A stretch of DNA of 64,000 nucleotides from an uncultured delta proteobacterium (GTDB taxonomy: Bacteria; Desulfobacterota; Desulfobacteria; Desulfobacterales; JAFDCJ01): NCBI GenBank assembly GCA_963769935.1, contig CAVYNY010000021.1, forward strand, positions 97,331-161,330, written 5' to 3'. Position numbers and translations under genes: made by a program. This document shows positions 1 to 10,140 of the stretch, in pieces (the first letter of the stretch is position 1; every line of letters starts with the position of its first letter). Below the pieces are notes generated by a model that had not been told where the DNA came from, made no database searches, and saw nothing but the letters and a program-made list of their open reading frames with translations.

Positions 1-76
1 ACGCAGCCAGGCGGGATGCAGCGGCGTATAAAATGTGAAATTATTTTTGAGTGAGCCCTTAGTGCGATTATTGTAA

Positions 77-586
77 TTAGGGTAACGAATTTGATGAACT
101 GGTGTTGAGGCTCAAGATGAGTTCGACTTCACCCAGCGGGGTTTTGAGTTCCTCGGCAATTTGGCGGGCCGGCATGCCCTTGGCGGCAAGTTGCTGGATC
201 TGTTGCTGCAATTCGTCAATCTGCGACATGCCGTCGGAGACCGGGAATATTTCGCGGCTGTTGGAACGGCTCACTGGGGCAGGATAATTGAAAATGGGGG
301 AGGTTTCAGGGCTTTGGCGGCCGAACGACAGCAGGTTTTCCAACTTAAGCCGCTCGGCGGCCATGGTGTCGGCGATATTGGCAAAAGCCTGGTCAATCTG
401 TTGTTTGACCGTCTGACTCAGGACCTGCACATTGAAACTTTCCCCTGACGCCCTGAATGCATCTTCGCGTGCCGAAGACTTGAGCTTTCTACGGCTGCGG
501 ATTAGAAATAAAAGGATCAGCAGACATAATATGATCTGGATGCCGTCGACGGCCCTATCCCAGTATTGCGGCACTTGAAATACCAT
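77..586 (-). CDS. Small membrane-anchored protein with C-terminal HTH-like motif (DUF2802/DUF6115-like), last gene of the fliA operon
   Basis: N-terminal hydrophobic helix IQIILCLLILLFLI followed by basic residues; C-terminal GMPARQIAEELKTPLGEVELILSL. Confidence 0.6.
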   Translation of the reverse strand: MVFQVPQYWDRAVDGIQIILCLLILLFLIRSRRKLKSSAREDAFRASGESFNVQVLSQTVKQQIDQAFANIADTMAAERLKLENLLSFGRQSPETSPIFNYPAPVSRSNSREIFPVSDGMSQIDELQQQIQQLAAKGMPARQIAEELKTPLGEVELILSLNTSSSNSLP

Positions 587-612
587 CTTAACTCCTTGTT
601 TGTTATCATCAG

Positions 613-906
613 CTAAACTCGGATATCGATGATTCGGTTTAATGAGGGATCAGTAGATTTTTCCTCTTCGTCGGCATCTTTCCTGGTTGCATACCGCGCG
701 CTGTGTTCATCACCGGCAGAATTGTCGCCATCGGGGCTGCTTGCAAGTTCGGAATCATCTTTTTTCTTTTTCTTCCGGCGTTTTTTTTTAAATACTTCTT
801 CAAACGGATTTTGCGGGTCGTTGCCTTTTCTTTGATCCGTCCGTTTAACTTTAGGGGCGGATGACAGGGACGGCAGTACCTTATTTAATTTTAGGCTATC
901 CACCAT
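613..906 (-). CDS. Hypothetical 97-aa protein, highly charged, ending in IIDIRV
   Basis: GGAGG RBS upstream; co-directional between fliA and the next gene; poly-basic tract. Confidence 0.6.
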   Translation of the reverse strand: MVDSLKLNKVLPSLSSAPKVKRTDQRKGNDPQNPFEEVFKKKRRKKKKKDDSELASSPDGDNSAGDEHSARYATRKDADEEEKSTDPSLNRIIDIRV

Positions 907-1000
907 AGCGCGACCTCCAGTTGGCGAGCATCAAGAAATGCGGCGAGCGATCGGTTCAGGCGGACCAATAATCCCGGTTACAAAATCTTATCTGCAAATA

Positions 1001-1753
1001 TCATTCGATCAGCTTTTCTTTTCTCAATTTGGCCCGCAATCGTCTTATGGCCTGGGAGTGAATTTGTGAGACCCTTGATTCGGTGATGTCCAGAACCTTT
1101 CCCGTCTCCTTCATGGTCAGCTCTTCCAAATAATACAGGGAAATTACCAGGCGCTCCTTCTCCGGCAGCTGTTCAATGGCCCTGACCGTCGCTTCCTTTA
1201 TTTCCTTGAGCCGTGTCAGGGTGAGCGCATCGAAGTCATTTTCCACCAGATAACTCATCAATTTATCTTTTTCATCCCTGGAAGAATATCCCAGTTCCTC
1301 AAAGCTGATAAAAGATATACTTGACATCTGTTTTGTGCGATAGACCTGCTCGACGTTGACACCCATTTCTTCGGCAACTTCAATATCGTCGGCTTCCCGG
1401 CCGAATTTCTGCTCCAATCTGAGGTAGGTGTTCTCCAGTTCTCTTATTTTGCGCCGATTCGACCTGGAGAGAAAATCCCGCGATCTGAGCTCGCTTAAAA
1501 CCGCACCTTTGATGCGGAAAACGGCATAGGTCATAAACTTGTTGTCTCTTTTGGGATCATAGCGATCAACGGCCTGGATCAGGCCGATAACACCCACATT
1601 CATCAAATCATCAATGTCAATCGTGGAAGGCAGGTGAACCGCTATTCGGTGAACAATACGCTTGACATAGGGCAGGTATTCGGTGATTAATTGATCCCGG
1701 TAAGAAGTATCGTTTTTGTCTAAATTTTTTACGGGTGTCTGTGCCGGTGCCAT
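1001..1753 (-). CDS. fliA: RNA polymerase sigma-28 factor FliA
   Basis: DDLMNVGVIGLIQAVDRYDP, FMTYAVFRIKGAVLSELRSRD, LYYLEELTMKETGKVLDITESRVSQIHSQA; follows flhF-flhG. Confidence 0.97.
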   Translation of the reverse strand: MAPAQTPVKNLDKNDTSYRDQLITEYLPYVKRIVHRIAVHLPSTIDIDDLMNVGVIGLIQAVDRYDPKRDNKFMTYAVFRIKGAVLSELRSRDFLSRSNRRKIRELENTYLRLEQKFGREADDIEVAEEMGVNVEQVYRTKQMSSISFISFEELGYSSRDEKDKLMSYLVENDFDALTLTRLKEIKEATVRAIEQLPEKERLVISLYYLEELTMKETGKVLDITESRVSQIHSQAIRRLRAKLRKEKLIE

Positions 1754-1827
1754 AAAATTATATCTCCCCGATATCGATTCAACGAGGTTGAAAGCAAATG
1801 GGTATTGGTTCTTAACTTTTTAAGTTC

Positions 1828-2754
1828 CTACACCAGGTTGTTCTGAACCAAGTGCTGCCAGAATAGATTGCTGCCGTTGCGCGGCGGGTTCAACGGCGGC
1901 ATGGCGGCAATCTTGCGGGCCAAATCTTTGAAACATCTACTGGCCTGGCTTTCCGGGTATAGTTCGCTGACAATTTTTTGATTTTTTACCCCACGGGTGA
2001 CTTTTTCGTCGTGCAAAATGCAACCCAGATATTCGATTTCCATATCCAGAAACCGCTCGGTTACCAGATGCAGCTGTCTGAAAACCTCACGGCCCTCTTC
2101 CGGTCGACTGGCCATGTTTACCAGCAATTTGCAAATCTTCCCCGAATATTTAAGCGACAACACCTTCATCAGCGCATATGCATCGGTAATGGATGTCGGT
2201 TCCGGTGAGACCACAACGACGATTTCCTGAGCCGTAGCATTAAAATCCATAACATTGGAGGATATACCGGCCGCCGTATCGATAAATAAAATATCGACAC
2301 TGTCGACTAACAAATCCAGCTGCCTCAGGATCTGGATCTTTTGTTCACGGGTCAGATGAGTTAATTCCTGAATACCGGATGAGGCCGGCAATATTTTCAT
2401 GTGCCCCGGACCTTCAATGAGAATCTCTTCAATCGATTTCTCCTCCATAATGACGTGGGACAAATTATATTTTGGCGCCAATCCAAGCAGGACATCCAGG
2501 TTCCCCAAGCCCAGATCCGCATCAAGGATCAGTACTTTTTTCCCTAATTTGGTGAAGGCGTATCCCAGGTTGGCGACGATGCTGGTTTTGCCGACGCCGC
2601 CCTTGCCGCTGGTAACGGCGATAACGCGGGCATTGGCGTTGTGCTTTTTTCTGGTCGTGGTCGCTGATGTTCCGGCTCCCACTTCACGTCTGCGGGACAA
2701 GCTGATCACCTTATTCGCGGGATGCTTCACGGGCATTATCGTTTGTCTCCTCAC
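1828..2754 (-). CDS. flhG: MinD-like flagellar number regulator FlhG/FleN
   Basis: VIAVTSGKGGVGKT, DADLGLGNLDVLLG, PEPTSITDAYALMK; located between flhF and fliA. Confidence 0.95.
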   Translation of the reverse strand: MRRQTIMPVKHPANKVISLSRRREVGAGTSATTTRKKHNANARVIAVTSGKGGVGKTSIVANLGYAFTKLGKKVLILDADLGLGNLDVLLGLAPKYNLSHVIMEEKSIEEILIEGPGHMKILPASSGIQELTHLTREQKIQILRQLDLLVDSVDILFIDTAAGISSNVMDFNATAQEIVVVVSPEPTSITDAYALMKVLSLKYSGKICKLLVNMASRPEEGREVFRQLHLVTERFLDMEIEYLGCILHDEKVTRGVKNQKIVSELYPESQASRCFKDLARKIAAMPPLNPPRNGSNLFWQHLVQNNLV

Positions 2755-2765
2755 CTTGAAAACAT

Positions 2766-4223
2766 TTAATTATTACGATGTGTATAACTCGATAGATTTA
2801 GCCGGTTTGCCATTACATCGGCGGTTTCACCCCGTTTGCGGCGATCCGGCTTGCAACTCCGGCAGGGCAGAAAATTTTGAGCCTCAGCCTCACCGGTACT
2901 ATTGAACTGGATAATATTGTCGGCTTTTATTCTCGCCGACCATTTGCAATCCGTACAGTGGTAGACGTCGGAATTTTTATTGGCCACATAGTACACGCGC
3001 TTATTTGTCCGACCGTAAACTGCAGCGGTCCGGTCGATATTCGCATCCAAGGCTTTGATCGAGGGCGACCGGCCGGCGTTTTTGAACTTAAATATCAGAT
3101 CGACCAGTTTCTGAACTGTGCCCGCTTCGATATCATCGGGCACCTTGCGTCCGCAGCTTAAAAATGAAAGCGGCAAACCGGTGCGGATCAATACATTGAC
3201 GACGTTGCCGAAGGTACCGCTTTCATCAATTTTGGTGAACACCAATCGCTGATCACCGATGCCCTTAAAGTTTTCCGCCGTCGCCATCAGATCATTTTCC
3301 TTGGTGACGGCGCTCATGACCAGATGCGTCTGCAGGTTCGGCATCTCCGCCAGAAGCGACTTAAGCTCCAAAATCTGGTTTTGATCCGAAGGGTTGATGC
3401 CGGGGGTGTCGATCAAAATTAAGTCCGCCGGCGAATTTTTTTCTATGGCCCGATTCAATTCGGTCGCGTTGAGGGCTGTTTCCAAGGGAATCCCGATGAT
3501 GCGAGCGTATTTCTTGAGCTGTTCGTTGGCTGCAATGCCATAATTATCAAGGGTTATCAGAGCAACGCGTGTCTTGTACCGGGTGGTCTGCAAGGCCGCC
3601 AGCTTGGCAAGGGTTGTCGTTTTGCCGACGCCGGCGGTACCGATAAAGGCCATGATATTCGGCTTTTCCGGTCCGAACGCATTTCTAACGGTCCGAACCC
3701 CCATTTCCTCCAGAATGGAAACCAGGTGGGTTTTAAGACTGCCATCGGCCAACAGTTCCTCTATTGCCGGAATACGCCTAATTTCATCGATCAATTCGGA
3801 AGCAACCCCGCGGTCGACTTCCTGGGCGAGGATCTGCTGATACAAAGAAGACAATGCCCGGTTGGTGCGCGAATCGACCTTATTTTTGGCAAGGTAGCTT
3901 TTCGGATAATTCGGGTTCGGCGCCGGGTAACCCGGCGAGGGGCTTTGGATCTCTTGGGCCGTCCCGTGCTCAATGCCCGGCGGAATTTTTGGCGCAATGG
4001 CTGGGCTCATTTTGGCACCCGCTGCTGTCTCATTATGTGAATCGGGCGATTGTTTATCGATGGCAGCGGTAACCTCCACGCCCGCGTACTTCAGGGATCC
4101 GAAGAATCCCCTACCCTTTCTTATACTGCGGGCTGACAAAATCACTGCCTCCGGACCGAGATCACCTTTAATCATGCGCAGGGCCGTCGTCATATTCTTG
4201 GCTTCATACCTCTTAATTTGCAT
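2766..4223 (-). CDS. flhF: SRP-family GTPase FlhF with an extra C-terminal Ada-type metal-binding domain
   Basis: N-terminal MQIKRYEAKNMTTALRMIK..LGPEAVILS; GTAGVGKTTTLAKLA, DTPG, TKIDE; C-terminal YVANKNSDVYHCTDC...PCRSCKP. Confidence 0.93.
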   Translation of the reverse strand: MQIKRYEAKNMTTALRMIKGDLGPEAVILSARSIRKGRGFFGSLKYAGVEVTAAIDKQSPDSHNETAAGAKMSPAIAPKIPPGIEHGTAQEIQSPSPGYPAPNPNYPKSYLAKNKVDSRTNRALSSLYQQILAQEVDRGVASELIDEIRRIPAIEELLADGSLKTHLVSILEEMGVRTVRNAFGPEKPNIMAFIGTAGVGKTTTLAKLAALQTTRYKTRVALITLDNYGIAANEQLKKYARIIGIPLETALNATELNRAIEKNSPADLILIDTPGINPSDQNQILELKSLLAEMPNLQTHLVMSAVTKENDLMATAENFKGIGDQRLVFTKIDESGTFGNVVNVLIRTGLPLSFLSCGRKVPDDIEAGTVQKLVDLIFKFKNAGRSPSIKALDANIDRTAAVYGRTNKRVYYVANKNSDVYHCTDCKWSARIKADNIIQFNSTGEAEAQNFLPCRSCKPDRRKRGETADVMANRLNLSSYTHRNN

Positions 4224-6315
4224 CGTTGAGCTCCAGCGTGCCTAATGATTGAATATCAGCATTTTTTAGTATCTCATCATAGGATAGGACCGAGACGTTC
4301 GGTATAAATTGATCCACCAGTTTTTTGAAATGCCCTCTAATCTGGGCCGAACAAACCACCACCGGCTGACAATTCAGCGCAGCGCCCCTTTGCAGGCTGT
4401 GCGCCAGGTTTTTCATAATTTTTTGAGCGACCTGCGGATCAAGGGCAAACAGGCTGCCGTGATCCGTCGACTGAATCGCAGCGGCAACGGCCGACTCGAC
4501 GCTGTGATCGAGGGTCAGCACCGGTAAGGCGCCGTCTTGATTCAGGTGAATTCGGGTGATGGTGCGGGAAAGCGCCTGACGCACATATTCGGTCAGAAGA
4601 TCCAGGTCTTTGATCACCGGCGCCCAGTCGGCAAGCGTCTCCATGATTGCCAGCAGGTCCCGAATAGGAATTTGCTCTTTTAAAAGATTTTGCAGAACCT
4701 TTACCACGCCTCCCAGGGAAAGCAGGTTGGGAACCAATTCCTCCACGACTTTGGGATGCGATTCTTTGAGATTGTCCAATAGTTGCTGAACTTCCTGCCG
4801 GCCTAAAAATTCGTGGCTGTGGCGCTTGACGATTTCAGAAAGATGCGTGGTCATAACTGTTGCCAGATCCACAACCGTATACCCCTTGGCCATCGCATTT
4901 TCTTTGGCGCTTTCCTTAATCCAAAGCGCGGGCAGCCCGTAGGTCGGTTCGGTGGTCGCAATACCGTCGATCTCTTCGTCGGCCGTGCCCGGATTCATCG
5001 CCAGATAGTAGTTTGTCATAAGATTTCCGTTGGCTATTTCATTGCCTTTGAGCATGATGGAGTACTGCCCCGGTTTCAATTGCATATTGTCCTGAATGTG
5101 AACCGGCGGAACAATAATACCCATTTCGTCGGCGACCTGACGGCGGATAGACTTTATCCGCCTCAGCAATTCCCCATTCTGTTCGGCATCCACCAGCGGT
5201 ATCAGACCGTAACCCACCTCAATGGCCAGCGTATCGAGCAGCGGCAGGGAGTCCAACTGTTCAGCGGGCTCGCGTTTTGCTTCGACAATCTGGGTTTCCT
5301 GTTCGATCAACTGCTGTTGCCGGGTTGCCCGACTAATGGTATAGGTCAGTCCGCCGGCTAGCGCTGCTAAAACCCAGAACGGGACCAGGGGCAAACCGGG
5401 AATGATGCCAAAGCCGAAAAGCACGAGCGCCGCGATTCCAATCGGCCGCGGCTGAAGCAGGATTTGAGAGGTAATTTCCTCGCCCAGATTGGATTCGGCC
5501 CCCGCCCGGCTGACAATAATTCCCGCTGCGGTCGAAATAATCAGGGCTGGAATCTGGCTGACCAGACCGTCGCCGATCGTCAGCAGGGTATATGTCTCGG
5601 CGGCATTGCCGAAGGACATCTTATTCTGGAAGACCCCGATGGCCAACCCGCCGATAATATTGGCCAGGGTGATGATGATGCCCGCGACGGCATCCCCCCG
5701 CACAAATTTATTGGCACCGTCCATCGCCCCGTAGTATTCGGCTTCCTTCGCAATCTCCTCGCGGCGTGCCCGGGCTTCCTGCTCATTGATCGAGCCGGCA
5801 TTTAAATCGGCATCGATGCTCATTTGTTTACCCGGCATTGCATCCAGGGTGAACCTGGCGGCAACCTCCGCAATTCGGCCCGCACCCTTGGTAATCACCA
5901 TAAAATTGATGGCCACCAGAATGACAAAAATGATGATGCCTACCAGGAAATTCCCGCCCACGACAAATTTGCCGAAAGCTTGAATCACTTTGCCGGCCGC
6001 TATGGAACCCTCATTGCCGTGGAGTAGGATCATGCGCGTGGAGGCGACATTGAGTGAGAGCCGAAACAGGGTGACAAGGAGCAAAATGGAGGGAAAGGCG
6101 GACAACTCCAGGGGTCTCAGGGTATACATGGAGGCCAGCAGGATGATGAGCGCCAAGGTAATATTGAAGGAAATGAGCATATCGAGCAGCATTGGCGGCA
6201 GCGGAATTACCATAAATACCAGAATCCCGACCACGGCCACGGCCAAGTAGATATCGCTGTTTTTCGTAATACCCGGAATTTTCGGGCTGAATTGGGTTTG
6301 TTCTGCGACGGTCAT
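4213..6315 (-). CDS. flhA: Flagellar export gate protein FlhA
   Basis: FMVITKGAGRIAEVAARFTLDAMPGKQMSIDADL, YGAMDGANKFVRGDA; 700 aa. Confidence 0.98.
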   Translation of the reverse strand: MTVAEQTQFSPKIPGITKNSDIYLAVAVVGILVFMVIPLPPMLLDMLISFNITLALIILLASMYTLRPLELSAFPSILLLVTLFRLSLNVASTRMILLHGNEGSIAAGKVIQAFGKFVVGGNFLVGIIIFVILVAINFMVITKGAGRIAEVAARFTLDAMPGKQMSIDADLNAGSINEQEARARREEIAKEAEYYGAMDGANKFVRGDAVAGIIITLANIIGGLAIGVFQNKMSFGNAAETYTLLTIGDGLVSQIPALIISTAAGIIVSRAGAESNLGEEITSQILLQPRPIGIAALVLFGFGIIPGLPLVPFWVLAALAGGLTYTISRATRQQQLIEQETQIVEAKREPAEQLDSLPLLDTLAIEVGYGLIPLVDAEQNGELLRRIKSIRRQVADEMGIIVPPVHIQDNMQLKPGQYSIMLKGNEIANGNLMTNYYLAMNPGTADEEIDGIATTEPTYGLPALWIKESAKENAMAKGYTVVDLATVMTTHLSEIVKRHSHEFLGRQEVQQLLDNLKESHPKVVEELVPNLLSLGGVVKVLQNLLKEQIPIRDLLAIMETLADWAPVIKDLDLLTEYVRQALSRTITRIHLNQDGALPVLTLDHSVESAVAAAIQSTDHGSLFALDPQVAQKIMKNLAHSLQRGAALNCQPVVVCSAQIRGHFKKLVDQFIPNVSVLSYDEILKNADIQSLGTLELNDAN

Positions 6316-6328
6316 AGTGTTTACTTTG

Positions 6329-7411
6329 TCAGCTATCCTTCATTTTGTACATTCCCTTAAGCCGGTATACATACGCCAGCACTTCGGCGACCGCCCGGTA
6401 AAGCTCGGCCGGGATGTAGTCACCGAGATCAACCATTTTAAAGAGGGCCTGGGCCAGCGGTTTCTCCTCAACGATCGGAATTTGATTTTCTTCGGCAATT
6501 TCCCTGATGCGCTGGGCAACAAATCCGGCGCCTTTGGCCACCACGCGGGGGGCTATCATCGCCTGGGCATCAAATTTAAGCGCAATTGCCAGGCGGGTCG
6601 GGTTGGTGATGACCACGTCGGCTTCCGGAACAGCCTCCATCATTCGGCGTCGCGCCATTTCCAATTGAACCCCGCGAATTCTGGCCTTGATCTTGGGGTC
6701 GCCTTGCGATTGCTTGAATTCATCTTTTACTTCCTGCTTGGTCATTTTCAGATCCTGCTCGTATTGCCAGCGCTGGTAGATGTAGTCCAGGGCGGCCAGC
6801 ACAATCATGGCCAGACTCACCAAGAAAAAAAGTTTAAGCGAAACCCGGGCGATAAACACAACAATTTGCCCCACTTCCTGCTGCACGAGATGAGGAAAGT
6901 CCGCTATATCACTTTTCAAGATCAGATAGGCAATGCCCCCGATAAATAGAATTTTGATGATGGATTTACCGAGTTCAACCAGTGATTTCAGAGACACGAA
7001 ACGCTTCATGCCGGAAACCGGATTCAACTTGCTAAATTTCAGCGACATCGTCTGGGTATTGATTTGAAAACCAATCTGCATAACATTGGCGATGAAGCCC
7101 ACAACGGCAATCGGCAGCAAAAACGGCAGCAGCACCGCCAGCAATCTGTAAAGAATCTCCAGAGAAAAAGCACTGGCATCGGTTACGCTGTCAATCCTCA
7201 GGCTTCCGATGTTTTGATATACCCTGGAAATGAGTTGCGACATATTCCAGAACATCCACGAACCGGCGAAATAAAAGATTCCCAGAGAAGTCAGTAAAAT
7301 CATCACCGAAGAAACTTCTCTGCTGACAGCAACCTGGCCTTTCCTCCGGGCATCTTCTCGTTTTTTCCCGGTTGCTTTTTCAGTTCTTTCCTGACCGCCT
7401 GTTTCAGGCAT
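6329..7411 (-). CDS. flhB: Flagellar export switch protein FlhB
   Basis: ERTEKATGKKREDARRKGQV, LKMTKQEVKDEFKQSQGDP; autocleavage motif reads NPTR (variant of NPTH). Confidence 0.97.
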   Translation of the reverse strand: MPETGGQERTEKATGKKREDARRKGQVAVSREVSSVMILLTSLGIFYFAGSWMFWNMSQLISRVYQNIGSLRIDSVTDASAFSLEILYRLLAVLLPFLLPIAVVGFIANVMQIGFQINTQTMSLKFSKLNPVSGMKRFVSLKSLVELGKSIIKILFIGGIAYLILKSDIADFPHLVQQEVGQIVVFIARVSLKLFFLVSLAMIVLAALDYIYQRWQYEQDLKMTKQEVKDEFKQSQGDPKIKARIRGVQLEMARRRMMEAVPEADVVITNPTRLAIALKFDAQAMIAPRVVAKGAGFVAQRIREIAEENQIPIVEEKPLAQALFKMVDLGDYIPAELYRAVAEVLAYVYRLKGMYKMKDS

Positions 7412-7432
7412 AATTGATCATCTTTTCCTAGC

Positions 7433-8212
7433 TTATGACATCATTTTCAGCATGAGCAGAATGTGCCCACCCAGACCGTCGAAAATTTTTTTAAGAAATG
7501 CTGCAAAATACGGCAGACTGAATCCCAGAAAGAGAAGTCCGACCCCAATTTTCAAAGGCATGGCCACAATAAAGACATTCATCTGCGGCACGGTTCGGGC
7601 GACCAGCCCAAAAGCAGCACTGGTCACCAGCAGGACGGCTATCACCGGCGCTCCCACCTGAATCGCAATAACGAATATATTCCCGCTCAGCTGGATCAGC
7701 TGCTCCATTAATGAGCTGCCGAAATGCGCCCTCAAGGGCGGTACAATCCGGAAGCTCAGGGCTAACGCCTTGATAAACCAGTAATGCGCATTAATGGATA
7801 AAAAAATCAGCAGTGCGACCAGGTTGTTGAATTGTGCCAGAAGCGGAATCTGCTCGCTGTCGGCCGGATCCAACACTTCGGCGATCGCCAGCCCCATTTG
7901 ATATCCCACCAATTGGCCGGCCAGCTGGATACCGGCAAAGATAAATTTCACGGAAAATCCGATGGTAAGTCCCAGCAAAATTTCTCTTGCGGCACCGATG
8001 CCGAGTGCAAATACACTGCCTGCCACGGGTATCGGATCCAGTTGCAACATCGGAAACAGAATCAAACCGGTTGCAAACGCCAGCCCCAGCTTGAACAGAT
8101 GCGGCATCGTGTTGCTCTCAAACACCGGCATCGACATTAAAATGGCCGCAATCCTTATGGAAACCAATAAAAATAATTGCAGCTGCGGCAATGAAATATT
8201 TAAAGAAATCAT
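7433..8212 (-). CDS. fliR: Flagellar biosynthetic protein FliR
   Basis: Hydrophobic; AGQLVGYQMGL, ARTVPQMNVFIVAMPLKI. Confidence 0.96.
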   Translation of the reverse strand: MISLNISLPQLQLFLLVSIRIAAILMSMPVFESNTMPHLFKLGLAFATGLILFPMLQLDPIPVAGSVFALGIGAAREILLGLTIGFSVKFIFAGIQLAGQLVGYQMGLAIAEVLDPADSEQIPLLAQFNNLVALLIFLSINAHYWFIKALALSFRIVPPLRAHFGSSLMEQLIQLSGNIFVIAIQVGAPVIAVLLVTSAAFGLVARTVPQMNVFIVAMPLKIGVGLLFLGFSLPYFAAFLKKIFDGLGGHILLMLKMMS

Positions 8213-8239
8213 TGTAAGTTCTTTATTGACCTGGGTTTG

Positions 8240-8509
8240 CTACCGTACATAAAACATGATGTTTTCAAACAGGTTTGTCGTAAAAACAATCATGGTTTGC
8301 ATCATCCAGGGAAAGAAAAAAATCAGGGCTACAGCCACCGCCAGCATTTTCGGAATAAATGTCAGGGTCATCTCATTTATCGAAGTGACCGCCTGAAAAA
8401 TGCTCACCAGCAGCCCGACCGCCAGGCCGGCCAGCAGCATCGGTGCCGACAGGCTGATGGCTGTTTTTACGGCTTCGAAAAAAAATCCCGTTATAAATTC
8501 AGGTGTCAT
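8240..8509 (-). CDS. fliQ: Flagellar biosynthetic protein FliQ
   Basis: GLLVSIFQAVTSINEMTLTFIPK; ATG at 8509 overlaps the fliP stop (ATGA). Confidence 0.96.
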   Translation of the reverse strand: MTPEFITGFFFEAVKTAISLSAPMLLAGLAVGLLVSIFQAVTSINEMTLTFIPKMLAVAVALIFFFPWMMQTMIVFTTNLFENIMFYVR

Positions 8510-9387
8510 ACAAACCCCTTCACCAAACTGCCCACCAGCAGGTACCATCCATCGGCCAGGACAAACAGCATCAGTTTGAACGGCAGTGATACCATAACCG
8601 GCGGCAACATCATCATACCCATAGACAGCAAAACGCTGGCCACCACCATGTCGATGATTAAAAACGGCACATAAAGCAACAGACCGATCTGAAAAGCCGT
8701 CTTCACCTCGCTGATGATAAATGAGGGTATCAGCACGGTGGTTGGAATTTCACTCGCATTCTTGGGCCGTTTGAGCTTGGCGATATCGACGAACAATGCC
8801 AGGTCTTTTTCCCGGGTCTGTTTGAACATGAATTCTCTCAAAGGTGCCGCGGCGTTTTGCAGCGCCTCCTGATTCGTAATCTTTTTATCCAGGTAAGGTT
8901 CAAGGGCGTCCTGGTTTATTTTATGCCAGACCGGTGCCATAATAAAAATGGTTAGAAACAGTGCCAGGCCGATCACTATCTGATTCGGCGGCATTTGCAT
9001 GGTTCCCAAGGCCCGGCGCATTAAGGACAAAACAATAACTATCCGGGTAAAGGAAGTAACCATGATCAGGATCGCGGGTGCCAGGGAGAGAACCGTCATG
9101 AGCAGAAAAATCTGCAAAACAACGGTGGGTCCACCGGACTGGGCACTGGTATCCATCCCGATTGAAAAATAAGGGGTGGCGATGCCCGGGTCGGCCGCCC
9201 AGCTGCTGCCGGCCGGCATAAAAAGCAAACACAAAAGAACCACCGAAGCCGCCCGGACCGGCGTCAGGCGGTTTACGGCGTTAACCGCACACCGTAAAAT
9301 GGGCCTGCGTCCGATATCGTCGGTTGACGGCAGACTGCGAGTTTTTTTGCTGTTGATAATTAACACCTTCCACCCTAACCCGGACAA
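8506..9387 (-). CDS. fliP: Flagellar biosynthetic protein FliP (true start may lie downstream of 9387)
   Basis: MVTSFTRIVIVLSLMRRALGTMQMPPNQ, LSMGMMMLPPVMVSLPFKLMLFVLADGW. Confidence 0.97.
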   Translation of the reverse strand: MSGLGWKVLIINSKKTRSLPSTDDIGRRPILRCAVNAVNRLTPVRAASVVLLCLLFMPAGSSWAADPGIATPYFSIGMDTSAQSGGPTVVLQIFLLMTVLSLAPAILIMVTSFTRIVIVLSLMRRALGTMQMPPNQIVIGLALFLTIFIMAPVWHKINQDALEPYLDKKITNQEALQNAAAPLREFMFKQTREKDLALFVDIAKLKRPKNASEIPTTVLIPSFIISEVKTAFQIGLLLYVPFLIIDMVVASVLLSMGMMMLPPVMVSLPFKLMLFVLADGWYLLVGSLVKGFV

Positions 9388-9398
9388 GCCGGTTGATG

Positions 9399-9776
9399 TT
9401 ACTCAGCTTTCCTGGCCGAGCGAAACCGTGTAGTCAGCCGCTGCAAGTGGTCCGAAAACGATGGCGTGATACCGGAGACTTCCTGCCGCAAGCCTTCCAG
9501 AACTTCTTTATCTTCTATTTTGGTCAGCAAAGAAATTTTGTCATTTGAAATGCCGACCACCAGGATGGTGCCGGGCACCTCCACCAGCGCGATATTTTTT
9601 TTAATCCCGATATACTGACTGGCAATTACCCGGATCAGCTGTCCTTTCGCACCGCCGGCATCACGCTTCAAATAGCGCTTCAGCAAATAAAAAACACCGA
9701 GCAGTCCTCCCAGTACGATACCCAGGGCCATCAGCATCTGCAGCGCACTTGATACCACATTCGGCGCCGTATTCAT
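9399..9776 (-). CDS. fliO: Flagellar protein FliO
   Basis: Single TM helix, then IRVIASQYIGIKKNIALVEVPGTILVVGIS; between fliN and fliP. Confidence 0.9.
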   Translation of the reverse strand: MNTAPNVVSSALQMLMALGIVLGGLLGVFYLLKRYLKRDAGGAKGQLIRVIASQYIGIKKNIALVEVPGTILVVGISNDKISLLTKIEDKEVLEGLRQEVSGITPSFSDHLQRLTTRFRSARKAE

Positions 9777-10138
9777 TGCAACCTCTTAATACGTTCCATA
9801 GGGCTGATTACTTCCGTTAGACGAACACCGTATTTCTCGTTGACCACGACGACCTCCCCCCTGGCAATCGGTTTTTGATTGGCCAGGATCTCCAGGCTTT
9901 CACCGGCAAGCTTCGTCAGCTCGATGACCGAGCCCTGCCCGAGTTTGAGCATATCGTTGATCAGCATTTTGGTTCGGCCGAGTTCAACGGTTATATCCAG
10001 GGGGATGTCCAGGACAAACTCCATATTCACGGACCCATCTTTGCCGAATGATTCCTGCGGTTTTTGTGCCGCATCCTTGGGCGGTGTTCGATCGGAATCC
10101 TTAGCCGGTTTTTCTCTTTTTTCATGAGATGCGGCCAT
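9773..10138 (-). CDS. fliN: Motor switch protein FliN
   Basis: LDIPLDITVELGRT, GSVIELTKLAGESLEILAN..IARGEVVVVNEKYGVRLTE. Confidence 0.97.
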   Translation of the reverse strand: MAASHEKREKPAKDSDRTPPKDAAQKPQESFGKDGSVNMEFVLDIPLDITVELGRTKMLINDMLKLGQGSVIELTKLAGESLEILANQKPIARGEVVVVNEKYGVRLTEVISPMERIKRLQ

Positions 10139-10140
10139 AG

